DNA of 64,000 nucleotides from Halobacteriovoraceae bacterium (GTDB lineage Bacteria; Bdellovibrionota; Bacteriovoracia; Bacteriovoracales; Bacteriovoracaceae): NCBI GenBank assembly GCA_963719505.1, contig CAVRCF010000005.1, positions 32,001 to 96,000 of the forward strand, read 5' to 3'. Shown piece by piece: positions 60,142 to 64,000 of this stretch (position 1 is its first letter; each line of letters starts with the position of its first letter). The notes under the pieces were generated by a model. It saw only the letters and a program-made list of their open reading frames with translations, ran no database searches and was not told where the DNA came from. The position numbers and the translations under genes were made by a program.

Positions 60142-60426
60142 TTATCTATCTACGCAAGTTAAAAGGTTTTTAATTCCTTCGTAAAAATTACTAACTCTTT
60201 TATTTAAAAGTTGATCGTGCTTGTTATGTTTTTTTAACCAACTCTCGATGTTGATTTCAACAAAGCAATCAAAATAACCCTCCATGCCAAAATCTTTCGA
60301 GTGTTTACATAGCGACGAATCTAACTCATAGATAGCTTTTTTTATTTTAAACTCTGTTTCTCTGATTTCTTTTTTAAAATCAGATTCTATATTTTTCTCT
60401 ATCTTTTCAATTATCTCTTTGCTCAT
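60142..60426 (-). CDS. phage hypothetical protein
   Basis: MSKEIIEK...; AGGAG RBS in a junction repeat. Confidence 0.65.
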   Translation of the reverse strand: MSKEIIEKIEKNIESDFKKEIRETEFKIKKAIYELDSSLCKHSKDFGMEGYFDCFVEINIESWLKKHNKHDQLLNKRVSNFYEGIKNLLTCVDR

Positions 60427-60450
60427 TCTTGTCTCCTGTGGCATTGCCAA

Positions 60451-60693
60451 TTAATCTTCTTGTACGTCATACATATTGTCAGCCAAGAATAAATTTGCAT
60501 CTTTTGAATACCAACCTCCCTCGAACTCAAATTCTTTTCCAATAAAGTCATAATCCTTAAATATAGAATAAGCTACAGCTAGACCAACACACGGATCAAT
60601 TCTTATTTCTCTCTTGTCTCTTGTGATTGCCTCAAACTCTGTATTAAGATCAATCTTCTTTGTTATTTTTGCTATAATTATTTCTCTGTTCAT
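60451..60693 (-). CDS. phage hypothetical protein
   Basis: GAGGTG RBS identical to 60111-60126. Confidence 0.65.
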   Translation of the reverse strand: MNREIIIAKITKKIDLNTEFEAITRDKREIRIDPCVGLAVAYSIFKDYDFIGKEFEFEGGWYSKDANLFLADNMYDVQED

Positions 60694-60826
60694 TTTTCAC
60701 CTCTATAGAATCTTTGGCAGATATCTTTATTTTTTATTAAAAAAATATTCAACAAGAGTTATCCCTACAAAAAACAAAGAATAAGCTATTATTGAGATCA
60801 AGATAAATTGTGCGTTTTCATCATCT

Positions 60827-61012
60827 TCACTCTTCTTCATGCAACTTCTCTCTAGATAGATAATTCTTTAATTTTAAATCTAGTCGAGTTAACTTTCCGT
60901 ACCTGTCTTTTGGGATGAAAACTCTCTTTTTCTTGCCCTTATCAAACTGTATTATCCTTGAATCAGAGACCATTAGCTGTGTTGTTCCACTTAATATTAT
61001 TTTATTTTTCAT
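60827..61012 (-). CDS. phage small basic protein
   Basis: MKNKIILSG...; GAGGT RBS. Confidence 0.5.
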   Translation of the reverse strand: MKNKIILSGTTQLMVSDSRIIQFDKGKKKRVFIPKDRYGKLTRLDLKLKNYLSREKLHEEE

Positions 61013-61016
61013 CTTC

Positions 61017-61226
61017 TTACCTCTTGTTATGGCCACATAGAAACTCTGTGCAGCCGCATTTTTCGCACTCACTTGTAATTGCTTCACTCTCGTTGTAATT
61101 TGAGAGGTGTTCTCTTAAATCTTCACAGTAATTCACTAAAGACTCATCTGTTGTCATGAGTTGAAAATCTGTTAGGCGGCTCAAGAGAGCAATTATCACA
61201 ACATCCTTTTTCTTTTTTTTGCTCAT
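61017..61226 (-). CDS. phage small protein with C-terminal CxxC-x-C zinc knuckle
   Basis: CEKCGCTEFLCGH. Confidence 0.55.
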   Translation of the reverse strand: MSKKKKKDVVIIALLSRLTDFQLMTTDESLVNYCEDLREHLSNYNESEAITSECEKCGCTEFLCGHNKR

Positions 61227-61312
61227 ATTAATCCATTTAGAAATGCAATTGCCTTTATAATAAAAAGTGACAAAAGAACAAAGCTAAGGGCAATTGCTTT
61301 TAGGGGAGTCAT

Positions 61313-61912
61313 TTAAACCTTTTTTACGTAGGTGTAACACTTGAAACCAAGCCAAAGCTTCCACCAAACTCTCACGCATTTTCTTGATACCTCAGGCTCG
61401 CTTGGCGCTTCAATATCACCTCTGAAATACCACTCTTCAAACCAAAGATTAACCAAGTAGGGGAGCGACTCTCTAAGCCACTTTCCACTATGTCTAAAGC
61501 CAAACATGTGAACTAATTCATGGCAAAAGTTTGAAGCAATTTCAAAAACCTTCCCGATGTCAAAATATTTTGAATTCACATAGATATACTTAACCATTGG
61601 TATTATGTAGCCCTTAACCTTGGACCACCATTTTGAATATCTCGTAACGTGAAGATCAATTTCGTAATCGATCTCATCATTCCATTCTTCTTTACCACTT
61701 TGGATGAGTTCATATATCTCTTGGTTACTCATTCTTTTTGAGATACTAGATTTACTTTCGCCTCTAAGTTTAGAGAGATCCTCATTTAGAAATTTTTCTT
61801 TAAAAAAGTCACTCGCTAAAAATGCAAGAGAGTGGTTTGCGGCTTGGATGGCTTTTGCCTCCTGAGCTTCGTTCATATTTGTCACATCAATTCTTACTGT
61901 TTTTAATCTCAT
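61313..61912 (-). CDS. prophage zincin-type metalloprotease-like protein
   Basis: NFCHELVHMFGFRH (HExxHxxGxxH), then SLPY. Confidence 0.7.
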   Translation of the reverse strand: MRLKTVRIDVTNMNEAQEAKAIQAANHSLAFLASDFFKEKFLNEDLSKLRGESKSSISKRMSNQEIYELIQSGKEEWNDEIDYEIDLHVTRYSKWWSKVKGYIIPMVKYIYVNSKYFDIGKVFEIASNFCHELVHMFGFRHSGKWLRESLPYLVNLWFEEWYFRGDIEAPSEPEVSRKCVRVWWKLWLGFKCYTYVKKV

Positions 61913-61920
61913 TCTGTTTC

Positions 61921-62328
61921 CTATAAAATATAAATTTCGTTTATTCCGTTATGCCCTACAATTTTGTGATCATATTTTTGGGACTTACTCTTTTTGTCCA
62001 TTTTTATCTGGCCATTCTTGTTAAGTCTTCTAGTTAATAATTCGTACTTAGAACTTGTCACCAACTCATAATGTGAATATGTTTTGTTTCTTTCTAAGTG
62101 AAAGTTAACAATTTCTTGCTCAAAAAATATTTTTCCCGAAATCAAGTCTTCGTTTATATCAATCCTAGTGTTCGACTCATGCATAGAGGTTTTGTTATTC
62201 TTTGCAATAAAGTTTTCTAGAGTTGGCTTCTCAGCTTCATTCCTCACCATTTTTAACTTAGCTTGAAGCGCACCGCTTTTTATCAATGCACTTTCACCAT
62301 AAAGTAATTTAATTCTCTCAGTTCTCAT
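61921..62328 (-). CDS. phage hypothetical protein
   Basis: GAGG RBS; 135 aa. Confidence 0.6.
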   Translation of the reverse strand: MRTERIKLLYGESALIKSGALQAKLKMVRNEAEKPTLENFIAKNNKTSMHESNTRIDINEDLISGKIFFEQEIVNFHLERNKTYSHYELVTSSKYELLTRRLNKNGQIKMDKKSKSQKYDHKIVGHNGINEIYIL

Positions 62329-62358
62329 TTAACCTCTCTCAAAAGTTGTGACCCATTA

Positions 62359-62799
62359 TTAAAACGGTATATCGTCGTTTGCGTAATTTTTATCTGCGCT
62401 TTGATTTGAATTAGAGGAGGAGCCTTGCGACCCCCCCTTGGGATGTGCATGGTTTTCTTGGTTGGTTTCAGCCCTACCTAGAAACTTTATTTCTTTAGCT
62501 AATATCTCAGTTGTATATCTTTTATTTTTATCTTTATCTTCCCAAGAGCGCGTCGTGATTTTCCCCTCAACAAATATTTGGCTCCCCTTGACTAGGTACT
62601 GCTTGCATAGCTCAGCTTGTTTTCCCCAGACTACAATCCTGTGCCACTCAGTTGAGGACTGAGGAGCTCCAGAGTTTTTGTCTTTCCAGTTCTCTGTTGT
62701 TGCGAGAGATATTGTGCAGACAGCTTGTCCAGTTTGTGTGTACTTAACATCTGGATCTTGACCCAAATGACCAATCAGTTGAACTTTGTTAACACTCAT
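62359..62799 (-). CDS. ssb: single-stranded DNA-binding protein (phage copy)
   Basis: MSVNKVQLIGHLGQDP, TEWHRIVVWG, KGSQIFVEG, DDIPF tail. Confidence 0.97.
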   Translation of the reverse strand: MSVNKVQLIGHLGQDPDVKYTQTGQAVCTISLATTENWKDKNSGAPQSSTEWHRIVVWGKQAELCKQYLVKGSQIFVEGKITTRSWEDKDKNKRYTTEILAKEIKFLGRAETNQENHAHPKGGSQGSSSNSNQSADKNYANDDIPF

Positions 62800-63346
62800 T
62801 TGCGTCCTCGTTTTCTATTTTAATAATTGTTGTGAAATCTAAAATCTTAACTTCACCGTTTCCAGTGACGTTTTTAATTAACTCTTGTTTTGAAAGAGCA
62901 ACCTTTTTGTTTATATTTGCTATACATGATCTTCTGAGTTGTGTTTTTAAGTAAGAAGACTCTGTGCTCTCGGAGTTTAAAATCGTTGATATTCCAACAC
63001 TTCTAGCAATGCTTAACTCTAGGGGGGTTAAGTCTTCGGCGATTCTCTTTTGGTTATATAAACCCGCCGACAAAATAGAGCTCCAAATTTTGTCGCACAT
63101 AATTTGAGCTTGATCTTCGGATGATATTTCTGGATTCATCTCAGCAATAATTTCAGGGCACGATGGAAAGAAAGTGATTCCCTTTTTTATCAAGCTTGTA
63201 ATGGCCAAGACAATTTCTTCAGGTTGGTAACCAGCCAAAACCGAGGCGTACATCTCCAGAGATTCATCATCGGGCATTTGCGATTTATTAAACAGTTTCC
63301 CCATTCGATATAAAACTTTGCAAATATCTTTTTTCTCAGTCTGCAT
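62789..63346 (-). CDS. probable phage helicase loader/inhibitor-type replication protein
   Basis: YASVLAGYQPEEI...FFPSCPEII; position between the initiator and ssb. Confidence 0.55.
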   Translation of the reverse strand: MQTEKKDICKVLYRMGKLFNKSQMPDDESLEMYASVLAGYQPEEIVLAITSLIKKGITFFPSCPEIIAEMNPEISSEDQAQIMCDKIWSSILSAGLYNQKRIAEDLTPLELSIARSVGISTILNSESTESSYLKTQLRRSCIANINKKVALSKQELIKNVTGNGEVKILDFTTIIKIENEDANEC

Positions 63347-64000
63347 ATTTACTCCTTGGGGTATCGCTCGGAACGCGGTGCGATTGCTTCAGAAATGGGT
63401 CAATTTTAAAGTCTAAATCAAAAAACCTATCAGAGCTCTCATTCATCAAGAAACTCTTTAAATCGAATCTGTGCGTGTACCAACTCGGAGGATTTAGCTT
63501 GGCCACTGCTGAGTAGTTGGCAATTGCTCTCAATACATCATCCGTACCTTGTTTACTTTTAAGGCGATGCTTTAAACCCATTGAAACCTTTCTGAGATTT
63601 TCAGGAATCAATTTCGTTTCTTTGAGTCCTTGGAAATTCCAAAGATCTATTATTTTTTTTGAGTGTATATATATATCTTCTTCTCCCTCTACTTCTTCTT
63701 CTGTATCTACTTCTCCTTCTAGGGTCGGTTTTAACGACCTAGATGCGATTCTTTTACGATTATATTTTGAGTCTTTGTTCTGTAGTTCTAGTAAGATAGG
63801 GCACTCAATTAAGAAAAAGTTTCCGGAATCTTGAAATGAAATTAGGTGAAGTTCTACCAAAAGTTCCATAAAAGTTATCAGCTTTTTGCGGAACTTTATG
63901 TGAACTTTTGTTGAAATCTCTCTGAAATGTATCTCAAAAGTTGCTTGTCTTTTGTCTATTTGATCTAGAGTAAGCTCGTTATTCAGTAACTCTAAAAGAA
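63336..64000 (-). CDS. probable phage replication initiator (5' end beyond window)
   Basis: Frame is open to the window edge; acidic EGEVDTEEEVEGEED linker, IIDLWN, AIANY...WY...FDLKSFL C-domain. Confidence 0.65.
   Translation of the reverse strand, partial: LLELLNNELTLDQIDKRQATFEIHFREISTKVHIKFRKKLITFMELLVELHLISFQDSGNFFLIECPILLELQNKDSKYNRKRIASRSLKPTLEGEVDTEEEVEGEEDIYIHSKKIIDLWNFQGLKETKLIPENLRKVSMGLKHRLKSKQGTDDVLRAIANYSAVAKLNPPSWYTHRFDLKSFLMNESSDRFFDLDFKIDPFLKQSHRVPSDTPRSKYAD

Larger units (their letters stand above)
53623..64000 (-). mobile_element. prophage left arm (continues beyond the window)
   Basis: att + tyrosine integrase, dense co-oriented small ORFs, ssb, replication genes. Confidence 0.9.

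Noticed and set aside
55499-60706. CRISPR array or integron attC array
   Set aside because: Repeats are short, belong to several families and are separated by whole genes; no cas or intI genes and no attC R/L box structure.
63675-63720. Purine-rich repeats as replication iterons
   Set aside because: Accounted for by the acidic linker codons; no clear iteron periodicity visible.

Overview
AT-rich bacterial chromosome segment, most likely from a Bdellovibrionota (Bacteriovorax/Halobacteriovorax-like) organism. That placement is inferred from the rpsO-pnp-M16-dut synteny, many secreted or lipoprotein hypotheticals and sigma-28-type promoters; no search was run. Positions 1-46.5 kb are core and semi-core chromosome: yeaH/DUF444-spoVR, rpoH, rpsO, pnp, dut, a POT transporter, acnB, an ASP/kexin-like S8 protease with a probable stand-alone chaperone, a purple acid phosphatase, a bacteriophytochrome hybrid kinase plus heme oxygenase, gss, and a Crp/Fnr-linked SDR-BASS-epimerase-aminotransferase-FMO operon. 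Several genes (yeaH, spoVR, pnp, S8) carry single-base frameshifts that look like read or assembly errors. From 46.6 kb the window is mobile DNA. Two identical 51-bp copies of the 3' half of an initiator tRNA-Met (46590-46640, 53572-53622) bracket an integrase-less ~7 kb island. The island holds an array of orphan RHS C-terminal tips with membrane-protein partners, interrupted by an IS3 and an IS1380. The three unrelated tips all end in S-C-x(2-3)-R. Next comes the left arm of a prophage that runs off the window: integrase, ~30 tiny ORFs joined by repeated junction sequences, ssb and replication genes.
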